Assembly: GCF_009914755.1 (NCBI RefSeq)
Contig: NC_060930.1
Source of the DNA: the human T2T-CHM13v2.0 reference genome, Homo sapiens
Strand: one strand, 5' to 3'
DNA length: 64,000 nt
The notes beneath the pieces were generated by a model that saw nothing but the letters and a program-made list of their open reading frames with translations, did not search any database and was not told the DNA's origin. Positions 43,466 to 58,585 of the stretch are shown here, one piece after another. The position numbers and the translations under genes are program-made. The stretch's first letter is position 1. Every line of letters starts with the position of its first letter.

Positions 43466-46400
43466 AGTGAGAAGCTGAATTTTTTAGAACATGGGAGAAG
43501 TCATTGCTAAGGTACAACTAGATGACATTTTCTCACAGTGGTTGTTTATCCAGCTTAGTAAATGTAATCCCCTCAACAGAAACCAGCTAGATGAGACCCA
43601 GGACAAATCAAGCATCTCTGGTACAACTCTGTTTATTAAGTTAAATTTTCTTCACCTCTTTCTTAATTTCCTGTGATTGCCTCCTTTTCAGTTATCTCTA
43701 GAAGTTATTTTTGCAGCTCGAGGGGGAAATCCTTCTATGTAATTCCATCTGGAGGACTGAGTGGCGGGTGGCCTTGCCACACAGCTATTTGCATGAGGCT
43801 TTTCCTGGGAAAGAACTCATCCCCAGGGAGGAAGGGCACCATTTTGGTTGAAGGACAATAGAGCAGGGTCAGAGGGGAGGGGTGAGTCTGAGTGCAGCAC
43901 AGTGTCTGTCACTCAGTCTCCCATGTAGCCCACCCCCATCGGCCCTTGCCTGAGTCCTGGGGTGAGGGATTGTCATGAAAGACCCAAGTAAGAACTAGAG
44001 GAATTGGTAAATTAGAATTCAAAGCACCACAGCTTCAGCAGTAAGCGGGGAAGGTGGGGAAGAGTAGCCCTGTCTATAGCTTACATCATGCTCTCAGTAT
44101 AGACATCAGCCTGAGCAGCCTCCAAGTAGACAACAACTGGCATAAACAGAAGAGCGAGTCTTTGGGGCACACACAACTGTGTTCGCTGTGCACTTACAGG
44201 GGCAGCCATCAGACCCACAGCAGGCTGGAGAAGGAAAAAAGGGCAAATGGCAAATGCCAATATTATCCCACAGGAGTGTGTGGAACATGTGTGGGTCATT
44301 TTCTGGGGTCTTCCAAGGCTTATGAGATAACCTAAAGGAGCTTGGCATTCTCACCAAGCGGGAGGGTGCAGGGGCAAGAGAGGGAAAAGATAGCTTTATA
44401 AAGTCTTTGATCTTATTTTTATCCTCAGACTGGTGAGGGCTGGAGATATGGGTAAAGCATTTTCAAAAGAGAAACTATCTTGATCAAACAAAATAAAACT
44501 ACATTGTCTAGCCAGAATTTATACGAGGTTTATTTGAATCACATAACATTGAATTTCTTTGGGTTTACTGTGTTTTCTGATCTATTCATTTTAGCCTCTG
44601 ACATAAGTGAATTCTACACTTACACATTTGACCAAGTTAGCAAAACTACTGTTGAATTTTTTGAACAAAAATGCAAGAAAATCTCAGCCATTCTGAACTT
44701 TTGAGGAATGTCACACTGTATATTTACTTTTACAAAAAAATCAGAGTTAGTATGCTAAATATTAGAGTTTTTAATTTTAAGGGTTTGGGCACAGGTACAT
44801 CCTCAAATGTATTATAAAGTCCCCCTCCACTTAAAAAATATATAAGGTACATAATGTCTTTTTGAAAACTCAGGGTGGTCCTTATAAGTTATCAATTTTC
44901 TGATGTACTGAAGATTAATATTGTTGTGTCCTTACTGAATCCATTTGCTTTTTGTTTTTCTTTTAAAGCAAGTTTCTGATATAGACTCAGAGCTAGTTTT
45001 TTGCTTATTTTTACTCCTACTCAAGAGATGCAATGTGGTAGAAAGAGCATGCCCTAGGGAATCTTGTGTTAGAAACATGCATCGGTACAACAGTTCAGAG
45101 AGGTTAGTGTGCCTCTCTGAACTGTTTCTTTGTCTGCAAAATGGGCATAGCAATAGCTACCTCACAGATTTTTCATGGGCTAATGTATACAAAGTGCCTG
45201 GTAAATGTTGGTTACTCCCCACCCCTTGGGAGTCAAACAAATTATAGCTCTTTTGTTTACTACAGCTATGTGACCTCGGGCCAGTTAGCTCTGAATTTCA
45301 GCTCCCCAACCTGCATGAGAATGAAATATCTGTGAAGTGACTAATATACTGCCTGACATACAGTGAGGCCCAATGAAAGGCAATTTCCTCCTTTTTCTTT
45401 TTTTCTGATAAGAGCGAATTGCCTGATCCACTGGGCAACATAACCAAAAGCCTTTCCATAAACTGAACCAATAAGTTAAAGACTAAGACATTTTTTTCTC
45501 ATCCCTGTTGTTCCCAATATTTGGTGACTACCCAAACCATTCATAAAAACATCTGTGATTCCTGTGCCATGAACCTAGTGGACCACTAGCAACTCTGTGT
45601 CAGCTTGTGCCACCCTCTGGGCCTCTTGAACTACTTGTTGATGGGATTTAAAGAGGCAGCTCCCTCCCTAATTCAAAAATTTGGACTACACTGTGTAGAG
45701 TCTGCAGTTCCCTCATCACCACTGTCAAAAGATTATATTACAGCAGAAATGTCTTACTATTTTTTCTAAACTTTTCTTAGTATTTTTTTTTAAACCCAGC
45801 ATCAGTAAGAAACAATGCTACATAACACATTTTGCTAGTACTCATGCTGAAGGTAAATATTGCCCATATATGAAGGATGCAACCAAAGTCAAGCTCTCTG
45901 ATTTAGGAAAGGAAAATAAAAATAAGCACAAAAATTAGAAATGTTAAGTTTTTTAAAAATTGCATCTTTAACAATATTCCCATTGAGTTCCTACTTGGAA
46001 TGTCCTTTTTATAAAAAAAGAAACTAGACCCTTGAAAAAAGGGTCTACTTATTTATGATTTGTGATTTGTTAACTGCTTTTCATGGGCAATATTTGGCCT
46101 TACAAGGCCTGTTTAAAATGCCAAATAGTCAATTGCATTTGCTTGTAAAATTATCTTGCCCTTTCAATATATTGGACCAGAGATGGGACACATTCAAAAA
46201 TTTTTTGAACATGAACATCTCATATGTACTGTTACCTAAGTGCTGTTGTTTAAGAGATACGTGATGCTCTGCGATTTGAGTGAGCATAAAATTTCTAGAC
46301 CTGCCATTTCTGATACCTGATACTTCCCTATTCACAATAGTCACCACTTTGTAATTACAATTGCGCCTTTCTCCCTTCCCACAAGACTGAGAGCACTGAA

Positions 46401-46718
46401 GGCAGGAGCCTCTTGTTCTCTTTTGTGTCCCTAGCTCCTAGCACAATGACTGACACAAGTGGGTGCTCAGTAAACATTTGTTGAATGGTGTGTATGTGTG
46501 GATCCTACTTATCCATCAACAATTTATTGTGCTTCTTCTTTTCAAAGCAAAGGACAGAACTGCTTTTTAAAAAGCTACCTTTTTGCCCTTCGCTAGAGAA
46601 AGTTTAGATTCCAAGAGATATTGACTTATTAGTTTCATTTATGTTCACAAAATTTCTGTCAAATCTCTCCATGGTTCAGATTCCTTATTGAACATGAAGA
46701 AGAAATAGAAGTGAACAA

Positions 46719-47319
46719 CAGTTGATCCTCATTATTCACAGTAGTAGTTATGTTCTATAAAGTTGCCACAAACATGAAATTAGTGAATACTGAATCATTG
46801 CTCCCCAGGGAAACACAGAGTTGGAGTCCTGTGAGTCTTTCTTTACATTATTTTCATCAACCAATCAATACATTACCTTATTTTGTATGTTTTTCTGCTT
46901 AAAGGCATCTTATTTTATAAAAACTGTTACTTAATTAACATTGAACTCATGATCAATGACACTATGTCTGAAGGACTCATGTCTGAAGGAAACTTACCTG
47001 ACACACGTTTTCTCCTTAAAGTATGTCCTACACTTAGGAACACTAGACAGCACTTCAGCACTCTGCCTGGGGCCATTTTAAACAGCAAAATCAGCAACAA
47101 AAGCTACAAAAATGTGAAACATGTGGCACTAAATAGATAGCAAAAAAGATACTTGTCTATAGTACGAGAGCTGAAACAAGAGGGCAGACAAAAGCCTGTT
47201 CAGCCTCTGTTGGAAACATGCACATAGGCAACACAAATTTTTGGCCTCTCTGTGCATGTCTGGGAATGGCCATGAAAGCACAGCAAGTATTGATTTAGGG
47301 ATTACAAATAAATGTTAGC
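46719..47319. mobile_element. MER82 (TcMar-Tigger), one terminus missing
   Basis: cagttgatcctcattattcac...gttatgttctataaagttgcc...cttaggaacactagacagcacttcagcact...gattacaaataaatgttagc. Confidence 0.8.
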
Positions 47320-47720
47320 ATCCCGAATCTCTCAGCCTCCTTGTGACTGGAGGGGGTTATGTGACTAGCTGTGGTCAATAGGCTATGAGAAATGATGAGT
47401 GAACTGATGCACAACTCTTCTACTTTTTTCTTCCTGTCCAAACAACTAATGCACGTGAAGAGAAAACTGATGGCATTTTCACTTGATGGTGAAAACTCCA
47501 TCAGCTTGGGTCCCTGAGTGACTACATGGAACACAAACACCCTCTGTTCCCATCAAATCAAGTTGGACAAATATAGTAATGAGAAAGAGTTTGGCCACTG
47601 GTATTTGTGGATTAATTTATTATTGCAGCATGTCCCTGTCTACCCTTATTAATACTGAAATTGGTACCAAAATAAGGGTACCAACATAGGTTTTGCCACC
47701 ACCAAAATCTAAAATATAGA
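47320..47720 (+). mobile_element. MaLR MLT1-type LTR 3' part plus the start of internal sequence
   Basis: cagcttgggtccctgagtgactacatggaacac...gccactg...ttattgcagcat...taatact followed by gaaattggtacc. Confidence 0.55.
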
Positions 47721-48389
47721 GCTGATAATATGTGGAATAAAACACATGACCCTCATTTCAAAGATCCTGATTCAGGAATTGAATTCTATTTCTTTACCTA
47801 TACATAATACCTGAAAAAATGCTTTAGAGATCATCGAACTTAATGCTTTCATTTATGAATGAGAAATCTAGGCTGAAGTAAGGTGAATAACTTAAAATAT
47901 TACCCTTTAAAATGAATTAAATGTTATGCATTTCATAAAAGTAAGTTGTTATTATTGCCTACCCCCTACCAAGGATATACAGTTGATTCACAACCAAGCC
48001 ATGACTAGAACCCAAGTTGTTTTTTTATTACTAGGTATAAATGTAGTTTATTACTCAGTTTTTTAAAATATAGAAATACATATTACAAGGAATATTGACT
48101 GGAAGTTGCTGATATTCAGATGCCTTTTGCATATAGAAATAGGCGACTGTTTCGTTTGCATTACTGCTTTACACAGAAGCTAAAGATGCCTAATGGAGAC
48201 AGAAAAAGACAGAGAGAGAGAGGTCTATCATTGAATTTCAGACTTATTCAAAGGTGTTAGATAGATTGCAATGGTCAAACCAAGGCAGACTTATTGGGAG
48301 AAACAACAGAGACTCTGAGGAAGCTCACTCTTAGGGAAGAAGAATCTGGGATGCGAAGTCAAACCCAGCAACAGGACCCAAGTGTTGGA

Positions 48390-48882
48390 GAGGCTGTTGC
48401 AGATTTCATTGCTCCTTCTCATAACCACTACCTCCTCTCTCCTTGGCTTTATCTGCACTGGCCTCCTTGTTGTGCCTCAGACTCTCCAGGCACGCTTTCC
48501 CCTAAGGCCTCTGCCCCTTTGCCTAGAATGCTCTTCCCGCATGGTGTGCTCTCCCATCTTCTTTAGGTCTTTATTTAAATGTTAGCTTTTTAGTGGAAAC
48601 TTTCCTGATCTCCTATTTAAAACTACAATCCTCATCCCTGAAATATCCTAGGGCTTTTCTTGTCTTTATTTGTCTCCATAGGATTGCTATCTTTTAACAG
48701 ATCTGTTCGACTGACTTTGTTTCTTGTCTGTCTCCTCCTCTAGAATGTAACTCCTTAAGGACTGAGATTTTTTGTTGTTTGTTCAACAAGATTTGTTTAT
48801 GCTTTATCCCCAATGCCTAAAGATAGTATCTGGCCAATAGCAGATACTTCATAAATATTTGCTGGATGAATGAATGAATGAA
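48390..48882 (+). mobile_element. L2 3' end
   Basis: gcctagaatgctcttccc...ctagaatgtaa...ccccaatgccta...ataaatatttgctggatgaatgaatgaatgaa. Confidence 0.8.
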
Positions 48883-48929
48883 TATACATGGGTAGTTATC
48901 TGACTTCTGAATACAGGGAAGACGTTCTC

Positions 48930-49740
48930 TGAAATAACAAAGAAAAAAATAGAGATTCTAACTGTAAAAAACAATCATAGCCAATTAAAAGGCAAAAAAA
49001 AAGAAAGGAAATATTTGTAACAACTATGAAAGATATAGGGTAACTATACTTAATTATAAAGAGTTTACATATATCAGTGAGAAGAACCCTAAAGCTCAAA
49101 AGAAAAATGCCTGAAAGGTATAAATAGACAGTTCACTAAAGAGATATAAAATGTTCATTAAGAAACAGTTCAACTCAACTAACAACTAAAGAATTATAAA
49201 TTGAAACAATAATGAGATACCATTACTCACCTCTTAAATCAGGACAAATTTTAGAACTATAATAGTTATTGCAAGTGAGAGTTTGATAAATAGGCATTCT
49301 CATAATTTTGTTGGGAAGACATATGACTCTAAAAAGTAACTGGACAACAGAAACACACAAGTCTTCAAAAACATTTATACCCTTTAATTGAGTTGTTTAA
49401 AAAGAAGGACAAAGATTGTTGCAGAAATATGACGTTATGTTTAATAGTAAAAAATGGGAAAAATAAATATTCAATAATAAGGAAATATCTGAGTAAAATA
49501 CAGTACACCCATAGAATAAAATATTATACAAGGATTAAAAATATATCCAAGGGTGGCTGAATGATGTGGGAAATGCTTATTATAAATATTTAAAGTTGCA
49601 TATATACTGTGCTTGCAATTATGGAAAAAATACATGTGAAGAAAAATACCCACCAAAATAGCCACAATCATTCTTTTAGGTTGGTAGAATTATGGATGAT
49701 TATGAAAAACTTTTTTCATAACTTTTAAATTTTCCTAAAT
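48930..49740 (+). mobile_element. Ancient L1ME-like fragment
   Basis: aaatagacagttcac...aacaataatgagataccatt..., heavily diverged. Confidence 0.6.
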
Positions 49741-49881
49741 CATTGTTTTTCAAACTTGTTTTTGTCCTCCTAAGGAGACTTTTTAGGTATCTTTTCTGGT
49801 ATTGCTCTCTTTTGAAACTTTAATACCATAGATATATACTGTACATATATTTATATTCTGTGATCCTTTTGAGGGCCATAA

Positions 49882-50313
<432 letters not shown>

Positions 50314-52469
50314 TACAATTTTTTTTGAAAGAAAGTGCTACGTATTTCAGCTCAAAGGACTAAATTTCTAACAGTAGAATTTCTGGTCCTCTGGCACCTG
50401 AAATTTTGAAACAATGATCTTTCTATTATACCTAAAACTGCTTGTGTATGTAGACATTTGTTCTAGCTAATATAAGTCTGACTTTGGATTTGTAGATTTA
50501 GATATGTAATATATTTTGCAGGAAAGGACAGAGTTGAATTTAAAAACAACCAATTCTTACATTTTACTCTAGCATGGAGAAAATTCCTTTCAGGAGCATT
50601 ATTTAATTTACTGCTTCTTAATTCCAATTCTATAGATGAAAAAATAAAGCTCAGATAAAGTAAATAGCTTGACCAAGATCCCATCATTAGTAAAACACAG
50701 AGTTATCTAACTCCAAAATATTTGTTCTTTCCATTATATGTTGCTATAGGTGTTAATAACAATTTTCAGTGAAAATATGATGTAAGCACAGAGCAAAGGA
50801 AAGCCCTGGAACAAAACTCACTGGGTAATGTTTCCTGTACTAACAATCATCCACAAGTGGTGCCATCCATAGCCATCTGGTCCAATTTCCCCACACTACA
50901 TAACTTGATTGGCTTCTCATGGTCTTGCCAACATTTTTTGAGCATTGTTATCTTTTTTCAATAGCTTCCTTAAAGATGCTGCACTTCAATCTTCAGGCCA
51001 GGGCACGTGAGGCAGTGAACCCAATCCTGTAAACTTCTCTGACTCTCCAAGACCCCTTGCCAAGCCACTGCTGCTGGGAGACAGCCCTAGAGCATGACTT
51101 CTTGCAATGTACTTTGAAGTAGATAAAATATGCACTCACGGACATCTGTCTGTTATTTCCTGCACTCACAGCTTTGTTCTGCTTTATTGCCAGAGAATTC
51201 TATGGATGATGTCACTTTTTTCTGAAGAGAACAGGCCATCAGAGCTTTTCACTGACATAATTAATTATCTGTAGTTTGATTCTGGGCCAGAAAATTCTCA
51301 AGGCACAGCCCCCAAAAGAATTAACTCTACTGTGCTTGCTATTCTTAAACTGTTAAAGAGACAGGGTACCATATCTCTTTTTTTCTCAGGCACTGATAAT
51401 GGTATTTTTGTTCAGTGATATCAAGTAACAGAAAGTGAACTGGGGCACTATTCTATGATTTCACAAGGAAGACCTTCGGTTCAATGGGCAGCAAACTCTA
51501 AAGGTCGCTACAGATCAAGTATACAAAGCAAAGCTTTTAGGGCTTAGTCTTAAATGCTACAGGAATGCATCACAATTACTGAATAGACTTTGGGGGATCT
51601 TGTGAATCTGCAGGCAGAAAAATGAGATCTCAACCAAAGCTAACCATGTTAAATTAGCCACAAGGTGAAAGGCTTCAGTTTATCAGCCACAAAAGCCTAA
51701 AACATAAAATATATTTAAACCTTTCAGGAGATAAGAAATTACCTGAATGGTGACCATATATTTTGAGAGTCTTCACCTATGTTTTCATATAGATCTAAAA
51801 CAAATTAGCCAGTTGCCCAAAAGACTTGTTACTCTCCATTCTGCTGGGTTTCAAGATTATGTAAATGCACTGTTCTTTGTCTCTTTAAAACTGGAGCTCT
51901 GTGGGGAATGATGGACACTGTAGATGTCATAAGGCAGTGGAGGGGCTCTGTGGAATCAGGGCACTTGAGTCATTTCTGTCCCTGATCTTCACTAGGTGAG
52001 TAACAAGGTAAGATCTGGGAAGTCTCTCAACTTTCTCAACTCTGGTGGAAATAGCAAAATCCTATTTAATCTAAAGGATTAATGGAGACCATAGGTTTGA
52101 ATATGCATATAAATATTGTCCCCCTAAAAAGGAATTGTTATTTATGGTCTCTTCTACTACCTTAATTCTGCATAAATGAGTTTGAATTGTGCTCTCTCTG
52201 AATGAATTTACAGTGGTAAATTATCTCTTCAGACCTACCATCAAAATTTAAAGACAAAATTATGACACAAAAATGTTTGTTATAAAAAAATCAACATTAG
52301 AGAAGTGGTTAAACAAAATGAAACGTATATGCTACATCCTCCCACATTCCACTCACCAAGGCTAATTCTATTAATAATTTGAAGTGGATCATTTCAAAAT
52401 TGTTTTCTCTGTAGATATACAAATGTAGTAGTAACACATGCATTATCTCCCCCACCCAACAACATTATG

Positions 52470-52700
52470 AAGCACTTAGACAAGTAATGGACAAAGTGCT
52501 TTTTAAACATTATCTCATTTAAACCTTACATAACCTTATCAGATAGACACTATTATTATCACCATTTTGTAAATGAGGGCTCTGAGGCAGGTGCAGAAAA
52601 GTTCAGTCATTTGCTCAGTCACATTAACTAATAAGTGGTGTCAGAATGCGAAATCAGGCAACCTAACTTCAGAGCTGGCAATCTTAATATTATACTTTAT
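52470..52700 (-). mobile_element. MIR
   Basis: cattatctcatttaa...ctattattatcaccattttgtaaatgagg...ctgagg. Confidence 0.7.
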
Positions 52701-53580
52701 AAATTCTCCATATACATATATCCATATAGAACCTCTCAAATATGTACCACCTTATTTTTTTATTCAACAATAGAATGGAAAGGTCAAGGAGAATTAAATT
52801 TCGTTGCCACTAATACTCATTTCACCATAACTGTTATGTCTTGTATTTCATTTTCAATAAATTAATCAAGCCTCTTCTATTTTTATGTCCGTCTTTCAGT
52901 TGAGTCTTTTTCAGTGTTCTCAATTTTTTTTACCTGAATCTATAACCTAAAATTTAGATCAAACTCTAATACAAAAAAAATTCCAAGGAAAAGATCAAAT
53001 AATTGTGTTAGACTAGAATTCCACTTTGTTAACTTTGTTTGAAATAACAATTTCCACTGTGATTTATGTCTGTAGTAATTAAATCAAACCTTTACCAGAC
53101 ATCTCTGATTTGTCCTGCTCCTTGCTTTATATGGAAGTTGACAGATCTAGCTACTTCTTCTCTTTCCTTTAGCACCTGCACATCCTAAATGGAACAGTTA
53201 GTTATCTATCTCTCTTCCTCCCCCTCTTCTTCCATCCTTCATTCCATCTGCTAACTAATTCCTTTAGCAGCTATGTGCAAAGTATGTGGCTAGTTGCTGT
53301 GGTGAATCTCATACGAGTAGGACATAATCCTATGTTTGTATGACTTTATAATCTAGTAGGAGTGAGATTTCGGAAGGTTACTCCTATAGCTAATTGTTCA
53401 TCAAGCCACCTTTTGGAAGGAAGGGTGAAAGGAAAGTTCTAGAGCATGAAATAGCATTGGGAAGTCTTCAGGATTAATCTTTAATTCCTGTTTTTTGACC
53501 ATCTAATTGGCTCCAAGCCTTAGTGGACCATTTGATTTATAGAATCAGAATAATTTAGAACAACAAAAAAATTTAATTGC

Positions 53581-53885
53581 TTTTTTTTTTTTTTTTTTGA
53601 GACAGGGTCTTGTTCTGTTGCCCAGGCTGGAGTTCAGTGGCACAGTCATGGCTCACTGCAGCTTCAACCTCCAAGGCTCAATTGATCCCCGCGCCTCAGC
53701 CTCCCGAGTAGCTGGGACTACAAGTGAGCACAACCATGCCCAGCTATTTTTTTTTTTTTTTTTTTTGGAGAGACAAGGTTTCGCCATGTTTTCAGGTTGG
53801 TCTGGAACTCCTGGCCTCAAGCAATCTGCCCACCTCGGCCTCCCAAAGTACTGGGATTACAAGAGTGGGCCACCACGCCCAACCT
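53581..53885 (-). mobile_element. Alu (AluJ-like)
   Basis: cagggtcttg...ctcactgcagcttcaacctcc. Confidence 0.92.
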
Positions 53886-55637
53886 AATTTCTTAATTTAT
53901 AACTAAAGAAATAGAAATTCAAAGAAGTCAATAATTTGCCTAAGGAATACAACTAATTGGTTCTCGATTGCACATTAGAATCCCAGTCTCCTGATTCTCA
54001 GACCAGAGATCTCTCCATTATGCTAAATCACTAGTAAATATATTGCAGTAATCTCACATAGGAATTAATTCATATGCTAATTAATTTTTAAAACATGAAA
54101 TGAGCAATTTTTGGCAAAATTAATATTTTAAGAAGCATTTGAATGCTATTGGGCGCACTTGAAGGAGTGCTGGCATACATATCAATAGCAGCTTGTCAAT
54201 AGCAGCTTATGACTGTAAAATCAATGCCCTAAAAAATGGTAATTGATGTTTCACTGATATTTGACTGTGTATTCAAATACATCACTTGTCAATTAGCAAT
54301 AGGAATGTGTTTACTGAACTTAAAATATCTGATGCAATGTATTTTTCTCTTACTCCTTTATCATGTAATGCAATATTTTACCTTAATTTTCAGATAAGTA
54401 TATATATAGTATTATTTATATCATGCCTTCTTTCCATATGCAGATCCTGAAGTCAACCAGGAACTGGTTGGTAAGTTTGATAATCTTCTTGAGGGAAGAT
54501 GTTGGAAAAACTTAATTTTGTTATAAGCTGATTAACTACTTCCAATAACCAATCTTCACTCAAAGTGGGGAGCACTCTGGTTAAGCATGTTACATATCAT
54601 GGTCCCATTACTTGTAGCCCCTTAGGATTTTTTTTTTTTTTTCATGATAGGCTAACCCTGAGCTTTATCTGGCAGCATAACATTGATTATGGCATTGGGA
54701 AATCTTTGCCGTACTAGCTTGTATAATGTTTCCAATGTATCTACTTTTTCCAAATAAATGACCAAGAACCACTGGCCAAGATTTATATTAATAGCTGGAA
54801 AGTTTCAGGGAAAGAACTTTCTGGATTACGATAGAGTCAATAAAATGGTTCAAGTTCTCCCTAGCTTGTTTCAAACTCCTACTGCTTATTTGTAGTTACC
54901 AAGCTGCCAAAAATTATTGTTTCAGACAATGATATGCATTGACCTCTACTGAGTTTTTGTGGTCAGGAACCTTCTCTGAGCTGTCATAATCGTGCTTCAT
55001 CATCTCCAAGCAAGTGGTCAGATGAAAGCATGGTGAAGATGACTAAATAGAAGAGGCAGGTGGATGAGATCAGTTAACCAGCATCGCCAGATTTCTCAGC
55101 ACTGAACTCACTTCATGTTCAACAGTGGCCAGTCTTGTTAAATAATATTATGGGAATATCCCTAGAGTGTTCTTGCACATTTCTTCATGACCTTCAAGGC
55201 CAGTAAGCATGTAGTCTGAAGCCTTTTTTCTACAGCCACTCTTCACTTGCTTAATCCTGAGAGCTAGCTTAGCAAGATACCATGGAGCTGCAGCAATACG
55301 GCCACATCAGTTCCAGCTGAAGTCTTAGTAGCTGTTTTGGAGATAGTGTCACATTCAGCGGGATGAGTTCTCAAGGCTTACATCTCAAGATGACTTAATC
55401 ACAGCAAAACATTTGAAGCATCTCTTCCTGAGGTGTCTGGGCGTTGCTTTTCCTAGCCACGCCTCCTAAGGATTCACCAAAGCCACAAACGAAGAAAACA
55501 ATTACGTAACTCTGATTTTGCAGCTGCTAAAGTGGAGGCACTTGGTACTTTTAGAACTACCAGTAAAACAAAGAGAAAATTCATCTCTCTCACCCTCCAA
55601 ACTCAAATCTGTATTTGGTTCTGCCACCATCTTTTCT

Positions 55638-58585
55638 TTTTTATTATACTTTAAGTTCTGAGATCCATGTGCAGAATGTGCAGGTTTGTTACATAGGTAT
55701 ACATGTGCCATGGTGGTTTTCTGCACCCACCAACCCATCATCTACATTAGGTATTTTGCCTAATGCTATCCTCCCTTTGCTATCCCTAATGCTATCCTCC
55801 CCTTGCCCCCCACCCACCAACAGGCCCCGGTGTGTGATGTTCCCCTCCCTGTGCCCATATGTTCTCATTGTTCAACTCCCACTTATGAGTGAGAACATGT
55901 GGTGTTTGGTTTTCTGTTCCTGTGTTAGTTTGCTGAGAATGATAGTTTCCAGCTGCAACCATGTCCCTGTAAAGGACATGAACCCATTCTTTTTTATGGC
56001 TGCATAGTATTCCATGGCGTATATGTGCCACACTTTCTTTTTCCAGTCTAACTTTGATGGGCATTTGGGTTGGTTCAAAGTTTGCTATTTTTTTGGTTCC
56101 ATTTTTTGCTATTGTGAATAGTGCTGCAATAAACATATGTGTGCATATGTCTTTATAGTAGAATGATTTATAATCCTTTGGGTATACACCCAGTAATGGC
56201 ATTGCTGGGTCAAATGGTATTTCTAGTTCTAGATTCTTGAGGAATTGCCAAACTGTCTTCCAAAATGGTTGAACTAATTTACACTCCCACCAACAGTGTA
56301 AGAGCGTTCCTATTTCTCCACATCCTCTCCAGCATCTGTTGTTTCCTGACTTTTTAATGATCACCATTCTAACTGGCGTGAGATGGTATCTCATTGTGGT
56401 TTTGATTCACATTCCTCTAATGACCAGTGATGATGAGCTTTTTTCATGTGTTTGCTGCATAAATGTCTTCTTTTGAAAAGTTCATATCCTTTGCCCACTT
56501 TTTGATGGGGTTGTTTATTTTTTTCTTATACATTTGTTTAAGTTCCTTGGATAGATTCTGGATATTAGTCCTTCGTGAGATGGATAGATTGCAAAAATTT
56601 TCTCCCATTCTGTAGGTTGCCTGTTCACTCTGAGGATAGTTTCTTTTGCTGTGCAGAAGCTCTTTAGTTTAATTAGATCCCACTTGTCAATTTTGGCTTT
56701 TGTTGCCATTGCTTTTGGTGTTTTAGTCATGAAGTCTTTGCCCATGCCTATGTCCTGAATGGTATTGCCTAGGTTTTCTTCTAGGGTTTTTATGGTTTTA
56801 GATCTTACATTTAAATCTTTAACCCATCTTGAGTTAATTTTTGTATAAGGTGTAAGGAAGGGGTCCAGTTTCAGTTTTCTGCATATGGCTAGCCCGTTTT
56901 CCCAACACCATTTATTAAATAGGAAATCCTTTCCCCATTGCTTGTTTTTATCAGGTTTGTCAAAGATCAGGTGGTTGTAGATGTGTGTGTTATTTCTGAG
57001 GCCTCTGTTCTGTTCCATTGTCTATATATCTTTTTTGGTACCAGTACCATGCTGTTTTGGTTCCTATAGGCTTATAGTATAGTTTGAAGTCAGATAGCGT
57101 GATGCCTCCAGCTTTGTTCTTTTTGCTTAGGATTTTCTTGGCTATACGGGCCCTTTTTTGGTTCCACATGGAATTTAAAATAGTTTTTTCTAAGTCTGTG
57201 AAGAAAGTCAATGGTAGTTTGATGGGAATAGCATTGAATCTATAAATTACTTTGGCAGTATGGCCATTTTCACAATATTGATTCCTCCTATCCATGAGCA
57301 TGGAATGTTTTTCCATTTGTTTGTGTCCTCTCTTATTTCCTTGAGCAGTGGTTTGTAGGTCTCCTGGAAGAGGTCCTTCACATTTCTTGTAAGATGTGTT
57401 CCTAGGTATTTTGTTCTCTTTGTAGCAGTTGTGAATAGGATTTCGCTCATTCTTTGGCTCTCTGTCTATTGTTGGTGTATAGGAATGCTTGTGATTTTTG
57501 CATATTGATTTTGTATCTTAGACTTTACTGAAGCTGCTTTATCAGCTTAAGGAGTTTTGGGCTGAAATGATGGGGTTTTCTAAATATACAATCATGTCAT
57601 CTGCAGAGATAATTTGCTTCCTCTCTTCCTATTTGAATACTCTTTATTTCTTTCTCTTGCCTGATTGCCCTGGCTAGAACTTCCAATACTATGTTGAATA
57701 GGAGTGGTGAGAGAGGGCATCCTTGTCTTGTGCCGGTTTTCAAAGGGAATGCTTCCAGCTTTTGCCCATTCAGTATGATATTTGCTGTGAGTGTGTCATA
57801 AGCAGCTCTTATTATTTTGAGATATGTTCCATCAACACCTAGTTTATTGAGAGTTTTTAGCATGAAGGGCTGTTGAAATTTATTGAAGGCCTTTTCTGCA
57901 TCTATTGAGTTAATCATGTGGTGTTTGTTACTGGTTCTGTTTATGTGATGGATTACGTTTATTGATTTGGATATGTTGAATCAGCCTTGCATCCCAGGGA
58001 TGAAGCTGACTTGATCGTGGTGGATAAAGCATTTTGATGTGCTACTGGATTCAGTTTGCCAGTATTTTATTGAGTATTTTTGCATCAATCATCATCAGGG
58101 ATATTGGCCTGAAATGTTCTTTTTCTGTTGTGTCTCTGCCAGGTTTTGTTATCAGAATGATGGTGGCCTCATAAAATGAGTTACGAAGGAGTCCCTCTTT
58201 TTCTATTGATTGGAATGGTTTCAGAAGGAATGGTACCAGCTTTTCTTTGTACATCTGGTAGAATTCAGTTGTGAATCCATCTGGTTCTGGGCTTTTTTTT
58301 GTTGGTAGGCTATTAATTACTGCCTCAATTTCAGAACTTGCTATTGGTCTATTCAGGGATTCGACTTCTTCCTGGTTTAGTATTAGGAGGGTGTATGTGT
58401 CCAGGAATTTATCAATTTCCTCTAGATTTTCTAGTTTATTTGCATAGAAACATTTGTAGTATTCTCTGATGGTAGTTTGTATTTCTGTGAGATAAGTGTT
58501 GATCTCCCCTTTATCATTTTTATTGTGTTTATTTGATTCTTCTCTCTTTTCTTCTTTACTAGTCTGGCTAGCGGTCTATCTATTT
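55638..58585 (-). mobile_element. 5'-truncated L1PA (L1PA7/8-like), about 2.95 kb, ORF2 remnant with frameshifts
   Basis: ORF fragments [18 protein letters not shown] (RT domain), [15 protein letters not shown] and [18 protein letters not shown] (C-terminal Cys motif). TSD tgccaccatcttttct (55622-55637) / tgccatcattttttct (58586-58601). Confidence 0.96.

Noticed and set aside
46025-46047. 9-bp hairpin tagaccctt-gaaaa-aagggtcta
   Set aside because: Short enough to arise by chance, and terminator-like hairpins have no meaning in a human intron.
54182-54208. Short tandem duplication tcaatagcagctt x2; a similar one, tgagggtctcc x2, at about 1488-1515
   Set aside because: Ordinary slippage-scale duplications with no further structure.
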